From Bacteriovoracaceae bacterium (GTDB taxonomy: Bacteria > Bdellovibrionota > Bacteriovoracia > Bacteriovoracales > Bacteriovoracaceae), in NCBI GenBank assembly GCA_018649885.1, contig JABIHA010000113.1:1-64000 (forward strand): 64,000 nucleotides of DNA, written 5' to 3'. Of this stretch, positions 38,445-49,373 are shown piece by piece. The first letter of the stretch is position 1, and each line of letters starts with the position of its first letter. The notes beneath the pieces were generated by a model. That model searched no databases, was not told where the DNA came from, and saw only the letters and a list, made by a program, of their open reading frames with translations. Made by a program: the position numbers and the translations under genes.

Positions 38445-38675
38445 TTATTGCTTCTTAGCTCTTTTAGCTCTTGTTTTTTTCTTCTTCTTTTTCTTAACAT
38501 TTAAAAAACTTAAAGCGTTATCAAGGCCCTTTAGCGCTTCTTCACGTAAGTTTGATTCGTGAACAAAGCGGTAAAAATTTTCAAAATCAGGGTGGGCGTG
38601 AAAGTTTTTAAGTCCTAAATTTTCTGGTTTAACTGCTGCTGCTTCAGATAATGATTCAGTGCTACTTTCTGACAT
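38445..38675 (-). CDS. Small hypothetical protein with Lys-rich tail
   Basis: AAGGAG RBS; downstream terminator. Confidence 0.75.
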   Translation of the reverse strand: MSESSTESLSEAAAVKPENLGLKNFHAHPDFENFYRFVHESNLREEALKGLDNALSFLNVKKKKKKKTRAKRAKKQ

Positions 38676-38773
38676 TCTAATGCTCCTTGCCTGCTCTGTT
38701 AATTCTCTTTTGATGGGAAACTATACCTGCAAGGGTGGGATCCCACAAGGGAGCCCACCCGTTAGGTCATTAT

Positions 38774-40312
38774 TTATTCTCTTGTTTCAATCATATTGTA
38801 ACTGTGAAGCTTGTTATAAAGGGTTTTCACAGTAATTCCAAGAGTTTTGGCAGTCTTGGTTTTATTGCCACCCAAGTGATCAAGAGTTCTTATAATGTGG
38901 CGCTTCTCAAGATCTGATAAAGTCATTTCTTGCCAAATTTCGATCTCTTGTACTTCTTCTTCACATGGAGCATGAATTTGCTCTGGAAAATGTGAGTCAT
39001 CAATAAACTTACCTTCACTCATAATATAAGCTCGCTCCATTGCATTTTGAAGCTCTCTAATATTACCAGGCCAATCGTAATCCATAATTACTTTAATGGC
39101 ACTTGGTGTAAGCGACTTGAAATCCTCATTGATTTTACCTTGATTGAGGAAGTTTTCTGCTAGAATTTGTATGTCATTGCCTCTCTCTTTAAGAGAAGGA
39201 ACTTCAATTTTAATAGTGTTAAGTCTGTAGTAGAGATCTTCTCTAAAACGACCTTCATCAACTTCTTTTTTAAGATCTTTATTTGTGGCCGAAAGGATCC
39301 TTACATTTACTCTATAAGGAGTTCTTCCACCAACTCTATAGGCTTCGCCTTCTTGAAGAAATCTTAATAGTTTAGTTTGAACAGCTGGAGAGAGCTCACC
39401 TACTTCATCAAGAAATAAGGTTCCGCCATCGGCCATTTCAACTAGACCAACTTTCGTATTTATTGCACCTGTAAAAGATCCTTTTTCGTGACCAAAGAGC
39501 TCACTTTCAAGAAGAGTATCTTGAAGAGCACCACAGTTTACAACTACATAAGGTGATTCTTTTCTAAGTGAATTACAATGAATTTTTTGGGCAACAAGCT
39601 CTTTACCTGTACCAGACTTCCCTTGAATAAGAATAGAAGAGTCAGTGGGAGCTACTTTACCAATTATAGAGATGACCTCTTTAATTTCAATAGAGTTTCC
39701 AATTATCGTTTTCTCAATTAGGTGGCTTGTTCTTTTAGCGTGAGGACCTTCTTTTTGCTTTTTAAGCTCTCTTTCTTTTTCCTCAATTTTTTTCATGAGT
39801 GCTTCATTCAAGTTTTTAGCAGATAAATAAAGCTTCATATTTCTAACAGGTTGCTCAAGCTTGTTGAGTATTCCCATAACTTCGATCACATCATCTTGTG
39901 AGAAAGTTTTATCAGCATTATTTGATTGGATATGGATAGAGGCGATAATAACACCTTCAATCATTACAGGGACACCTAACTCAGAGTTAATGCCACCGAT
40001 ATTTTCAAAAGTAGAAAATAATGGATCTCTTTGAACAGAGTTTGAGTAATAAGCTCTCTTTGTTTTAATAATGTAGCTTGCCAAACTTTTGCCACTCTCC
40101 ATTACTTCACCAGATCTGAGAGGAGCACCATTTTCGGAGACTAAACAGGCCCTGCCGTCATCGTAGGCCTTGAAGACTCTGATACTTTCACCGGGGTAAA
40201 TCTTTTTGAAGAAGCGGGAGAGCTCTCCAAAGAAAATCCCCTCATCAAGTGAGGAAAGTAGCGTCGACATCAAAGGCGCTAGTTCATTTTCGACTATTTC
40301 GGGATTAATCAT
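38774..40312 (-). CDS. GAF-domain sigma54-dependent enhancer-binding protein (Fis HTH)
   Basis: GKSGTGKE, ESELFGHEKGSFTGA, LFLDE, FREDLYYRL, WPGNIREL, C-terminal HTH. Confidence 0.93.
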   Translation of the reverse strand: MINPEIVENELAPLMSTLLSSLDEGIFFGELSRFFKKIYPGESIRVFKAYDDGRACLVSENGAPLRSGEVMESGKSLASYIIKTKRAYYSNSVQRDPLFSTFENIGGINSELGVPVMIEGVIIASIHIQSNNADKTFSQDDVIEVMGILNKLEQPVRNMKLYLSAKNLNEALMKKIEEKERELKKQKEGPHAKRTSHLIEKTIIGNSIEIKEVISIIGKVAPTDSSILIQGKSGTGKELVAQKIHCNSLRKESPYVVVNCGALQDTLLESELFGHEKGSFTGAINTKVGLVEMADGGTLFLDEVGELSPAVQTKLLRFLQEGEAYRVGGRTPYRVNVRILSATNKDLKKEVDEGRFREDLYYRLNTIKIEVPSLKERGNDIQILAENFLNQGKINEDFKSLTPSAIKVIMDYDWPGNIRELQNAMERAYIMSEGKFIDDSHFPEQIHAPCEEEVQEIEIWQEMTLSDLEKRHIIRTLDHLGGNKTKTAKTLGITVKTLYNKLHSYNMIETRE

Positions 40313-40647
40313 TTTAAAATCTCCTCTTAAGTAATATTAATAGTTTATAACTTAATGCAACGCACAACTCCCCTCAAGTATACCTATGTCTGGATTTTTT
40401 ACAAGATCAAAATGCTCAAGTACTGAACTTTTTACACCCCGCACAAACTATCAGTAACTTGGCCTGACCAAAGTATGTACAAAGTAAATCATTGGAGGTT
40501 TTTGACTCTGATACTTATTACATGTGAAGAAAATATGGACATTCTAACAGCCCAATATTAAAGAAGAATTATTTGGCCGCAATCGAAAAAGATTTTTCAG
40601 GCAACTTCTTTATAGTGATGTGAAATCCGTACTTAAATTACAATATA

Positions 40648-41877
40648 TTGATGATGACCCTAACACTCTTGTCCCTTTTATTCGCTACTAACCTAGAAGC
40701 GGCTCCCTTTGATCGAATGGACAGTAATGGTGATGGGATGCTCTCTAGAAGAGAGTTTAGAGGCCCACCGCCTGCCTTCGGCAGACTAGATAGAAATAAA
40801 GATGGCCTAATATCTGAAAATGAGGCCAGAGGCACCAGGCTTCTCCCTGGTAGAAGGCACAGGCAACAAAAACCTGCACCCAAAATCAGCTACAACACCA
40901 AATTTATAGATACCCACAACCACTTAATGCCCTTTACCTCACGTGGGGGACTCGACTTTTTTGGTGCCTTTAAAAATAGTAATAACCTTTTTAAAGGTGT
41001 TGGCGGCCAGCTCAACCTACTTATGCCTCCTCCTCAGCTTACAAACCAGAGGGGACGCTATGATGCCAGCGAGCTATTAAAGATCTCAAAAAATTATCCA
41101 GAAATGGTCCGTGTCTTGGCCGGTGGTGGATCGTTAAATAGTATGATTCACCAAGCTTACAAAAGAGGAAGTGTTTCAGCTGCCCTTAAAGAGAAGTTTA
41201 GAAAAAAGGCCATGAGCTGGCTCTCCCTTGGCGCCGTAGGCTTTGGCGAGATGACAGCAGAGCATTTGTCATTCAATAGCCACCACCCCTATTTAAGTGC
41301 TCCAGCAAATCACCCTCTTTTTTTAATTTTATCAGATGTGGCGGCCAAATATGGAGTTCCAATCGATTTCCACATGGAGGCAATACCCAGCAATATGAAA
41401 TTGCCTGGTCTCTTTGAATCACCTCCAAACCCTCCTACGCTTAAGGCCAATATTCCAGCATTCGAAAGTCTTCTATCTCATAATCGTAGAACAAAGATAG
41501 TCTGGGTTCATTTAGGATGGGATAGCACTGGAAAACGAGGTCCTGAACATACAAGAAAAATGTTAAAAAAACATTCAAATCTCTATATGAGCATTCGGCT
41601 CCCCACTAAAATGCACCTTCGTCATACGCCAAAATCCAGCAGGATCTTTGATTCAAAAAGTACCATTAAACCAGAATGGAAAGAAGTCTTTTTAGAATTC
41701 CCAGGACGCTTTGTTATGGGTAGTGATGAATTCTTTGTTACACCTTATGGAGCACGCCCGAGACACGGAAGTACAGGCAGCACCACAGGTTCTGCAAAGT
41801 TTCTATCGCAATTACCAGTCGTGGTGGCCAAGGCCATTGCCATGGACAATCCCATAAAACTATACAAGTTGAAATAA
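40648..41877 (+). CDS. Secreted amidohydrolase-family protein with N-terminal EF-hand pair (start uncertain)
   Basis: Signal peptide; DSNGDGMLSRRE and DRNKDGLISENE; IDTHNH, GFGE, DFHME, WVHLG, MGSD. Confidence 0.82.
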   Translation: MMMTLTLLSLLFATNLEAAPFDRMDSNGDGMLSRREFRGPPPAFGRLDRNKDGLISENEARGTRLLPGRRHRQQKPAPKISYNTKFIDTHNHLMPFTSRGGLDFFGAFKNSNNLFKGVGGQLNLLMPPPQLTNQRGRYDASELLKISKNYPEMVRVLAGGGSLNSMIHQAYKRGSVSAALKEKFRKKAMSWLSLGAVGFGEMTAEHLSFNSHHPYLSAPANHPLFLILSDVAAKYGVPIDFHMEAIPSNMKLPGLFESPPNPPTLKANIPAFESLLSHNRRTKIVWVHLGWDSTGKRGPEHTRKMLKKHSNLYMSIRLPTKMHLRHTPKSSRIFDSKSTIKPEWKEVFLEFPGRFVMGSDEFFVTPYGARPRHGSTGSTTGSAKFLSQLPVVVAKAIAMDNPIKLYKLK

Positions 41878-42065
41878 TCGCATCAAGAATGATAATTAAC
41901 AGCGCCTAAATAAATTTCAATAAAAATTGATTCTTATTAATCTTGTCATAACTATCAACAGATTAGGAATTGGGTTGGAAATATAAATAAATTAATTTTG
42001 TTTACAACAATTTTACTATCTTGCTCAGCTTCTTTTGCGAGTAAGACAGAGATGCTCTCCCTTAA

Positions 42066-45000
42066 TCACAACCCTAGGACTTTGGATGCCTGTAAAACCT
42101 TAAGTACAAATGAGTCAAGATAATCAAGTGGACTATCAGTATCATAAGCATATATTGGCCTAAATTTACCTCGGGATTTATCGCTAATTCTAATATCACC
42201 AGTTCTACCTGTAATACCTCTAAGTTTTGGAGAACGAAGGTAAGCTTCTCGGTGAATTTCTTTATCAGTTGCCAGTGAGGCAAGAAAATTGATAGCACTA
42301 AGAGTTTTACCATTCATCGAAATTAATGAAACAAGCCTTTTTAGGAATCTAAATGAAGAGCGCTTGTCTTTTCGAGTCTCAAGGTTTCTTTCATCCTTCA
42401 AGTAATCTTCTCTAATTCGTCCAAATTTCTTGATAAAACGTCTAACTTTCCCCATATTTCCAGAGTTATTAAAAATATTGGCATCTAGTGCCTTAAAACA
42501 AAAATCACCCGGCTTTTCAATATCTTCGACCACAGCATAAAAAACACATACTCTTTCATCTGACCTAGTTAAGTCAGAAAAAATATTCTTTATACCTTTT
42601 GAAGAAATCACAAGGTTGGATTCCATTTCTATTGATCCCAAATAGTAATTAAATGATTCTGGCTCAGCTAAGAGAAAATCTTTTGGAAATACGTTGCGAT
42701 AATTTCTCAGCACCTTTAGAAATTTCTTTTTTTCCATTTTGGGATGTGAAAATTTAAAGAGATAAGACATATACATCTCTCCCTTTTCATTAATAATTGC
42801 CTTCGCTGATAATTTTCTTCGCTCAAAGGGTACAAAATCACGTGTCATTCTCTCAGTCATTTCTCTTTCATAAACTATAAAATGATCACTTCTCTCTCTC
42901 TTATTAGTGATGACCTCAACTTTATTTTTGGAGAAATTTATTCCCCAAACATTAAAAACAGGAGTTCTTATTCCTATTCCTTTTCCTCTAGAAGTCAGCT
43001 GATTGGACTCTACGAGGTACTCTTCAGGAACATTTTTTGGTGATACTTTACCAATATTTTCAAATAGAATATCTTTTTGTACTGGATTTCCTAGATCAAA
43101 TAGATAACTCTTCCCCTCACGTTTCATGCCACTAAACTCTGTATTAAAAAATGGGAATTTAATAAATAAAAAACCAACCTCAGGCTCAAGCTTCACATTC
43201 AGAGTCCTTAGATTACTCCAATTGGCAAACATCATATCATCAGACTGCTTGTATAGGGTCGACCTATTTGTAACCATAATATCGTAGCTATTTTTTATAC
43301 CCACACTAATTCCAAAAAATAGCGGGTATGATAACTTCAGTTTAACTTTTGGTCCTACATAAGAGCTTGTAACAAGAATATCACCCTCTTTTAAATTCTC
43401 CAAAAGTGATTCTTTGATTTTTTTTCGGGGAATAATTGGTCTATGTATCTCACTCATCAGTTCTTTTAAGTTAGAAATATCACTTGTTGGCCTTATTTTT
43501 ACCCACTCATACCCTGCAGCCAGCTCCCCTGATAAGCCAACGTAATCAGAAATGGGGCTCTCAAGTCCCATATCTGTAAATGTAGACTCTGCTCCTGCTA
43601 ATATACCAAGCCTTAATACATCTACAATCCAGTACTTATTTGTATCTTTGTGAGCATCGTAAAATGGATTTTTTACGACTAATCGATATGGGATAAAAGC
43701 ATCGAGACCAGCTTTGAAACCACTTCCCCAAATTGATCCTTCATCAAAAAGTTGTGGACTTAAATTGAGATCGAGTGCATCGATTTCAATACCTTGATTT
43801 GTTACCTCAGTCCCCCGAGCAAGAGGAGGAAGAATTAGATTGGCCATGGCCTGAGGAATAGTTTTGAAAAGTGTTGTTCTGTAGTCTTTTGCAGACTTGC
43901 CCTCTTTATCACCTTTTGAGCCAAAGGAGCGATCCCAATATCTTGGAAATGGCTCCACACTTGGATCAAATAATTCACCATCTGAATCAATAATATTCCC
44001 ATTAAAGAAAAGGTGCTCATAGCCTGTAACTGAGTAGGTAAGTGGATCAACCATCTTGCTTGAGCTTGCGCTAAAGGTAAACTCTTCACCAGTGTGACTT
44101 AAAAATGTGGTGCCATCTAATTCCAGAGCAGCGACTAACTGGTCACGTCTTCTTAATAATATATCTGTATAAAGTGTTGCAATTGCATGAGGGTAACCGC
44201 CATATTCAAAGGCTTTGAAAATTTGCTCTCTTGAAAGTTGCATCGCAAGTGTTACGAACCATTTGGCATCACTAAATGAGGCACTTTCTAAAATTGGCAA
44301 GTTGTAAATACCACTATAATCTAGGTCGATTTTTTTAATTTCACCTCTGATATTCTTATGAACTTTTTTTACAAGGTTTCTTTTGAAATTATTGGGAAGT
44401 CCATAACCAAATGAAAGCCCCATGTCTGACAATGAGTAAATAAGTGAATTACCCTGTGACTCTTTATCCGAATGAGCAAGTTTTAGTTTAGCATTACCAT
44501 CTTTAACATCAGGGTCTCCCACCCAGGCCATAAAAAGAGCAGCTCCTCTATGATCTCTTCGTAGGTTTCGTCCGAAAGCATCTTTTACAAATCCCCCAAG
44601 ATTAGTATCTGTATTCTTATCAGATTTTTTTTCTAGCGTTACAGACTTCATGACAAAATATTTCTTCTGGTCGCTATCAACTCTTATATCTGTAAAAGCA
44701 GAAGCCATATTCAACTTTTCTCTGAAGCTTAAAATTATTTCGTCATAAATAAGATCGACATAGTATTGAAAACTTTTTTCATTTTTATAAGCAGCACCTG
44801 GTAAATAGAGATGAACCTCTCTTTTAAAATAGGTGGGATCAATACTAAATCCTAGAGCGGCAGCAAGATTATTCACCGCAGGCTCAACATTTACCTCACT
44901 TCCAACTAATGCACGACTAATCATATTGAACAGATTTGGGTCGTCCCCTGCCCCCATATCATTGGTAATAAATTTTAATTTCCAATTTTGCTTACCAATT

Positions 45001-46103
45001 TTTCCATTTAATTTTGGAGAAAGGCCACCTTGAATTTTACCTTGTTTATATATTATTTTTGTTACGGCCTTTGGATCAACTAGGTTTTCTACTTCTTCTT
45101 CGCTAAGTCTTTTTAAAAGTGAAGGGTGGCCCAATTGATGATAATTAGAGGTATTAAACTGTGAAATAGCAACTTTTGGTTTTCTCCAAAGTCCGGAATC
45201 GGCAGGGTAAAGTATACCGAGATCAATTCCTTCAGACTCTAAGATTTCAAGTTGATTTTCAGAGAAAAATTTCTGGCCTACTCCAAGTTGAAGCTTACTT
45301 GCAATTTTTTGGTATCTAAGTAAACTCTCTGCTCTCGCCAATGTTAATTCTTTTTTTCTCAGTTTTTCATCTATTTTATAAAATATGTGATTTTGTATGG
45401 CCTCTGCAGAACCCTCTACTAGTAAATTTGAAGACTCAAAGGCCTTACCTTTAAGTGAATGATAAATGAGTGTATTTAATGTCTTAGTCCAAATACGGCT
45501 AACACCTCTTTGAGCATCTTCGTTTCTGGCCCCTTCATAAGCTTCGAGTCCCTCAAGAAGGTAAGAAGCAACCAATTGCCCATTTTCGGTATTCAAGCTC
45601 TTTTCATTAGCGATAAACCCATAGTGTTGAAAGCTTTTTTTAAATTGATCTAACCTTTTTCTTGAAAAACTTGTAGCAAGAAAAGTCCTCTCCTCCTCCC
45701 ATTTTTCAATATGTTTTTTCTTTATTTTACCTGAGCAATAATCGTTTCCAATTCTTAGTGAATACTTGGATCCCTTGATCTCGTCAGCACAGAAAATCAA
45801 AAAAGCATTGTGTTCATAGCTAGCTACTTGATCAATTTTTTCCTGCAGTTTCTTTCCGTCTAGACGGCCATCATCAGTAAGATATGAAAGAAGTATTTCA
45901 GATGGAGTTCTTCGTTCAATGCCATCATTTTTTTTCTCCCTTTTGACTTTTGGACCTTTGTAAAAATCCGATTTGAAATCAAATGAGATATACCCTGGAA
46001 AATTAGTGGTTTGATTGTAGGGCCAGAGAACATCACTTTTAACATCTGTGCAGACGAAGAAGCTAATGGCCAAAATCAATGAAAGAAACTTTAGTACAAA
46101 CAT
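42066..46103 (-). CDS. Large secreted protein with central atypical kinase-like domain
   Basis: Signal peptide; WKLKF, E..PAVNNLAAALGF, DPDVKDGN, SDMGLSFG. Confidence 0.7.
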   Translation of the reverse strand: MFVLKFLSLILAISFFVCTDVKSDVLWPYNQTTNFPGYISFDFKSDFYKGPKVKREKKNDGIERRTPSEILLSYLTDDGRLDGKKLQEKIDQVASYEHNAFLIFCADEIKGSKYSLRIGNDYCSGKIKKKHIEKWEEERTFLATSFSRKRLDQFKKSFQHYGFIANEKSLNTENGQLVASYLLEGLEAYEGARNEDAQRGVSRIWTKTLNTLIYHSLKGKAFESSNLLVEGSAEAIQNHIFYKIDEKLRKKELTLARAESLLRYQKIASKLQLGVGQKFFSENQLEILESEGIDLGILYPADSGLWRKPKVAISQFNTSNYHQLGHPSLLKRLSEEEVENLVDPKAVTKIIYKQGKIQGGLSPKLNGKIGKQNWKLKFITNDMGAGDDPNLFNMISRALVGSEVNVEPAVNNLAAALGFSIDPTYFKREVHLYLPGAAYKNEKSFQYYVDLIYDEIILSFREKLNMASAFTDIRVDSDQKKYFVMKSVTLEKKSDKNTDTNLGGFVKDAFGRNLRRDHRGAALFMAWVGDPDVKDGNAKLKLAHSDKESQGNSLIYSLSDMGLSFGYGLPNNFKRNLVKKVHKNIRGEIKKIDLDYSGIYNLPILESASFSDAKWFVTLAMQLSREQIFKAFEYGGYPHAIATLYTDILLRRRDQLVAALELDGTTFLSHTGEEFTFSASSSKMVDPLTYSVTGYEHLFFNGNIIDSDGELFDPSVEPFPRYWDRSFGSKGDKEGKSAKDYRTTLFKTIPQAMANLILPPLARGTEVTNQGIEIDALDLNLSPQLFDEGSIWGSGFKAGLDAFIPYRLVVKNPFYDAHKDTNKYWIVDVLRLGILAGAESTFTDMGLESPISDYVGLSGELAAGYEWVKIRPTSDISNLKELMSEIHRPIIPRKKIKESLLENLKEGDILVTSSYVGPKVKLKLSYPLFFGISVGIKNSYDIMVTNRSTLYKQSDDMMFANWSNLRTLNVKLEPEVGFLFIKFPFFNTEFSGMKREGKSYLFDLGNPVQKDILFENIGKVSPKNVPEEYLVESNQLTSRGKGIGIRTPVFNVWGINFSKNKVEVITNKRERSDHFIVYEREMTERMTRDFVPFERRKLSAKAIINEKGEMYMSYLFKFSHPKMEKKKFLKVLRNYRNVFPKDFLLAEPESFNYYLGSIEMESNLVISSKGIKNIFSDLTRSDERVCVFYAVVEDIEKPGDFCFKALDANIFNNSGNMGKVRRFIKKFGRIREDYLKDERNLETRKDKRSSFRFLKRLVSLISMNGKTLSAINFLASLATDKEIHREAYLRSPKLRGITGRTGDIRISDKSRGKFRPIYAYDTDSPLDYLDSFVLKVLQASKVLGL

Positions 46104-46303
46104 ATGGACCTACCGAAGAATTACTACTGCGCAATGCACAATAAATCAAAAAGGCCTCTAAAGGTGGAAAAAAAGTACTTTATCCCCTTTTTACAGGGAA
46201 AAAGTACAAAACATCAGCTTGCAAGCTCTTGATATTTCATGAGACAGTAAATAGAGCTCAATTTATACCGGCGCCTTAAGGTGTAGATCCAAAAGTTAGA
46301 TAT

Positions 46304-47206
46304 TTGAAAAACCAAAGAGCAGCCTATTTTTACACATTTTTGGCCATCATTTTTTGGTCCACTGTGGCCACTTCCTTTAAGCTGGCCCTAAAAAACTGGA
46401 ACCCAGAGCAAGTTCTTCTTGTGGCCAGCCTAGTTTCCACAATCATTTTATTCACAATTACTGCCTTTCAAAAAAAAACCAAGAACCTATTTTCACAAGA
46501 CCTAAATTCGGTAAAAACCTCTTTCATTCTTGGTTTGATAAATCCATTTTTATATTATTTGATTTTATTTAAAGCTTATTCACTTCTCCCGGCCCAAGAG
46601 GCCCAAACTCTAAACTATCTATGGCCAATTTTAGTAGCTATATTGTCGGCAGTTTTTTTAGGCCACAGTTTTAGACCAATTGACCTTCTATCCCTTTTCA
46701 CTTCTTTTACAGGCGCTGCCATAATCGCTACACATGGCAACCTTACTGATCTCTCTTTTACAAATAGCTATGGGGTTTTCTTAGCACTCATATCAACACT
46801 ATTCTTTTCTATCTACTGGGTGATTAATCTAAGAGATCAAAGAGAGGACTTAGTAAAATTAACAACAAATTTTTTCTTCGGAACAATTGCGATACTCGTT
46901 TATGTCCTTTCAAACTCTTCACTTCCAACCTTTGAATGGACCTCTTTTTTTGCAAGCGTACATATTGGAATATTTGAAATGTCATTAACCTTCTTCTTTT
47001 GGCTAAAGGCCTTAAAGCTAACTGAGTCAGCTTCAACAATTTCAAACCTACTATACCTATCCCCTTTTCTTTCTTTCTTTTTTCTAGTTACAATACTTGG
47101 AGAAAAAATTCTTCCATCCACAATTGTGGGGTTTTTGGCGATAATCATAGGAATAATTTTACAAAATATTCGAAAAAACCTGAAGCGTCCTAGTGCGTCC
47201 ACCTAG
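46304..47206 (+). CDS. DMT/EamA-family transporter
   Basis: About ten TM helices; LNYLWP, LYLSP and GEK motifs. Confidence 0.88.
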   Translation: MKNQRAAYFYTFLAIIFWSTVATSFKLALKNWNPEQVLLVASLVSTIILFTITAFQKKTKNLFSQDLNSVKTSFILGLINPFLYYLILFKAYSLLPAQEAQTLNYLWPILVAILSAVFLGHSFRPIDLLSLFTSFTGAAIIATHGNLTDLSFTNSYGVFLALISTLFFSIYWVINLRDQREDLVKLTTNFFFGTIAILVYVLSNSSLPTFEWTSFFASVHIGIFEMSLTFFFWLKALKLTESASTISNLLYLSPFLSFFFLVTILGEKILPSTIVGFLAIIIGIILQNIRKNLKRPSAST

Positions 47207-48563
47207 GAGAAATACAGTTGCCAAAACCTTTTGTAAGTCTACCTAAAATTTCACCATCCTTATCCATAATATAGAGATTTTGAATGGCCTTAGTTCTACT
47301 AAGAACCCTTTGAGAGGTAAATACAATAAATTGTCCATCATTAGAGAAGCTGGGGTCTTCATTTGAGCCAAAATTCTTTGTCAACCTTACAAGACCGGTC
47401 CCGCTTGAGTTAATCCTATAAATATCAAATCGATTATCTACCCATGAAGAGAAGGCAATATATTTTCCATTTGGTGAATATCTTGGAGTCGCATTAAACT
47501 TCCCCACATAGCTTATTCTTTTTACGCCCGACTCAGCTTTTCCCATCTTAGCTGTATACACATCCGCTCTTCCAGACCGGTTGGAGAGAAATGTGTACAT
47601 CCTACCATCTCTTGAAATTGAGGGATCAACATCATCACTATAGTGTTTTGTTAATGGAGTAATTCTTTTATTTTTTAAATTCAATTGGTAAATTTCAGCA
47701 TTTCCCGAATATGAAAGTGTTAACAATAGAGATTTGTCATCTGGAGTAAATACAGCTCCTGAGTTGATTCCTGGTCGATTTGATAGAAGTCGCATTCTCC
47801 CAGTTCTAAGATTGTGCATATATAAATCGACCGTTTTTTTTCTTCCAGATTTTTTAATTACTGTATAAGCGATCATTTCTCTATTATGTGAAATCGCTGG
47901 TGATACTACGACTGCATTGTGCCTAGATAATTGCCTCGAATTTCTTCCATCAAAATCCATTATAAAAAGCTCTTTAATTTGATGACCTCTTTGGGAACCT
48001 TGATCAGACACAAAGAGAATTTTAGAATTAAATATAGATTGCTTGTTTTTAATACTGGTGTAAATATCATTTCCAATTCCATGGACACCCTTTCTGATTT
48101 TGCCTGAAGAGATTACAAATTCTTTTTCAAGTAGCAGTTTTTTGTCTCTAACCCGGTAAACTCTAGCATCCACTTTGATATCTTGTGTTTTGGGTCCATT
48201 CTTACCAAGTACCAGTGACTTTACTCTTAAATGGAAAGTGTAAGAAAAATTACGTCTTGAAAGAGATTTGTAATCAGGCTCAAAAAAATTACTTCTCTTA
48301 ATATGCATATACGGGAGCCGATCAGGTGCAAGAATTTCAAAGTCTTTTTTATAGTACGAAAAATCTTCTACCAAAATTTCATAAATTTCTTTTATAGCCA
48401 TACTTTGGGGAACACTAAAGTTTCCAACCTTTAACGGAATCGGGATGGCAATTCTATCTGCTTCAAGATCAGCTTTCCCTACGCCCATTCGTATAAATCC
48501 AGTCTGGCCGAATAGTGAACCTGAAAGTAAAATTAAACATATTGAACAAATTAGTAATTTCAT
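47190..48563 (-). CDS. tolB: Tol-Pal beta-propeller protein TolB
   Basis: MDFDG and PD40 repeats (SPDG/SRDG/SPNG/SNDG-like); follows tolQRA. Confidence 0.9.
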   Translation of the reverse strand: MKLLICSICLILLSGSLFGQTGFIRMGVGKADLEADRIAIPIPLKVGNFSVPQSMAIKEIYEILVEDFSYYKKDFEILAPDRLPYMHIKRSNFFEPDYKSLSRRNFSYTFHLRVKSLVLGKNGPKTQDIKVDARVYRVRDKKLLLEKEFVISSGKIRKGVHGIGNDIYTSIKNKQSIFNSKILFVSDQGSQRGHQIKELFIMDFDGRNSRQLSRHNAVVVSPAISHNREMIAYTVIKKSGRKKTVDLYMHNLRTGRMRLLSNRPGINSGAVFTPDDKSLLLTLSYSGNAEIYQLNLKNKRITPLTKHYSDDVDPSISRDGRMYTFLSNRSGRADVYTAKMGKAESGVKRISYVGKFNATPRYSPNGKYIAFSSWVDNRFDIYRINSSGTGLVRLTKNFGSNEDPSFSNDGQFIVFTSQRVLSRTKAIQNLYIMDKDGEILGRLTKGFGNCISPRWTH

Positions 48564-48581
48564 ATTTCTTCTCCAAACTAA

Positions 48582-49370
48582 TTATAGCGGGAAACCTACA
48601 ACAAAGTCTCCTCTAGCTCCACGGTCAGCAATTTGTTCCACCAATGGATCATAAGGGCCTGCTTTTTTAATAGCATCAAGTGCTTTTTCATCGTATTCTT
48701 TCACACCGCTACTTTCAAAAATTGAAAGTTTGATTATATTTCCATTTTTCTTTAAAAAAACTCTAATAGCACAATTCAAATCTTCATCAATTAGATAACT
48801 TGGTAATTTCCAATATCTCTTTATTCTAGAAATTAACCCTGTAATATATTTCTCACTTTCAACTTTTTTGATATCAGCATCACTATCACCTGTCAGTGCA
48901 ATCCCTTTGCTTATTTTATTTCCTGCGTGGATTATTTTTTCTAACTCTTTTTTATTGATTCCGAAAAGAGGATTCTCTTTTTTGACTTTGATTTTTACTT
49001 CTACTTTCTTTTTTAGTTTTAGTTTTTTGTTACTCTGGCTATTTAAAAAATCATCAAAACTCGTTGCTTTTGTCTTAAAAGTTACGTCCTTTTCATCGGT
49101 GACTTCAGGAGCTTTTTCTACAACCTCTTTGGTCACCGTCTCTTCAACATGTGGAAGATCTTGAATGGCCTCTAACTCTTTTAGCGTAAACTTGGGCATA
49201 GAAACAAGATCAACTCTAACAGAGCTTTTAATTATCTCAATATTAGTATTGACGGTAGAATTAAGCCACTGCCTACCAACTGCCCATAGGATTCCAAAGA
49301 CAGCAAGGTGAAGCGCCAGTGATATTAAAAGGGAATTTAAATCAGCGGAAAATTCGCTTCTCCCGTTCAA
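48582..49370 (-). CDS. tolA: TolA/TonB-family energy transducer
   Basis: SLALH TM motif; C-terminal IKRYWKLP...SSG...DEKALDAI. Confidence 0.82.
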   Translation of the reverse strand: MNGRSEFSADLNSLLISLALHLAVFGILWAVGRQWLNSTVNTNIEIIKSSVRVDLVSMPKFTLKELEAIQDLPHVEETVTKEVVEKAPEVTDEKDVTFKTKATSFDDFLNSQSNKKLKLKKKVEVKIKVKKENPLFGINKKELEKIIHAGNKISKGIALTGDSDADIKKVESEKYITGLISRIKRYWKLPSYLIDEDLNCAIRVFLKKNGNIIKLSIFESSGVKEYDEKALDAIKKAGPYDPLVEQIADRGARGDFVVGFPL

Positions 49371-49373
49371 AAC

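Noticed and set aside
38733..38760. GC-rich hairpin GGGTGGG..CCCACCC
   Set aside because: Probably an ordinary terminator or stability hairpin between two co-oriented genes; single copy.
46173..46207. Imperfect palindrome GTACTTT..CCC/GGG..AAAGTAC between divergent genes
   Set aside because: Could be an operator, but no supporting second copy or regulator; cannot be assigned.
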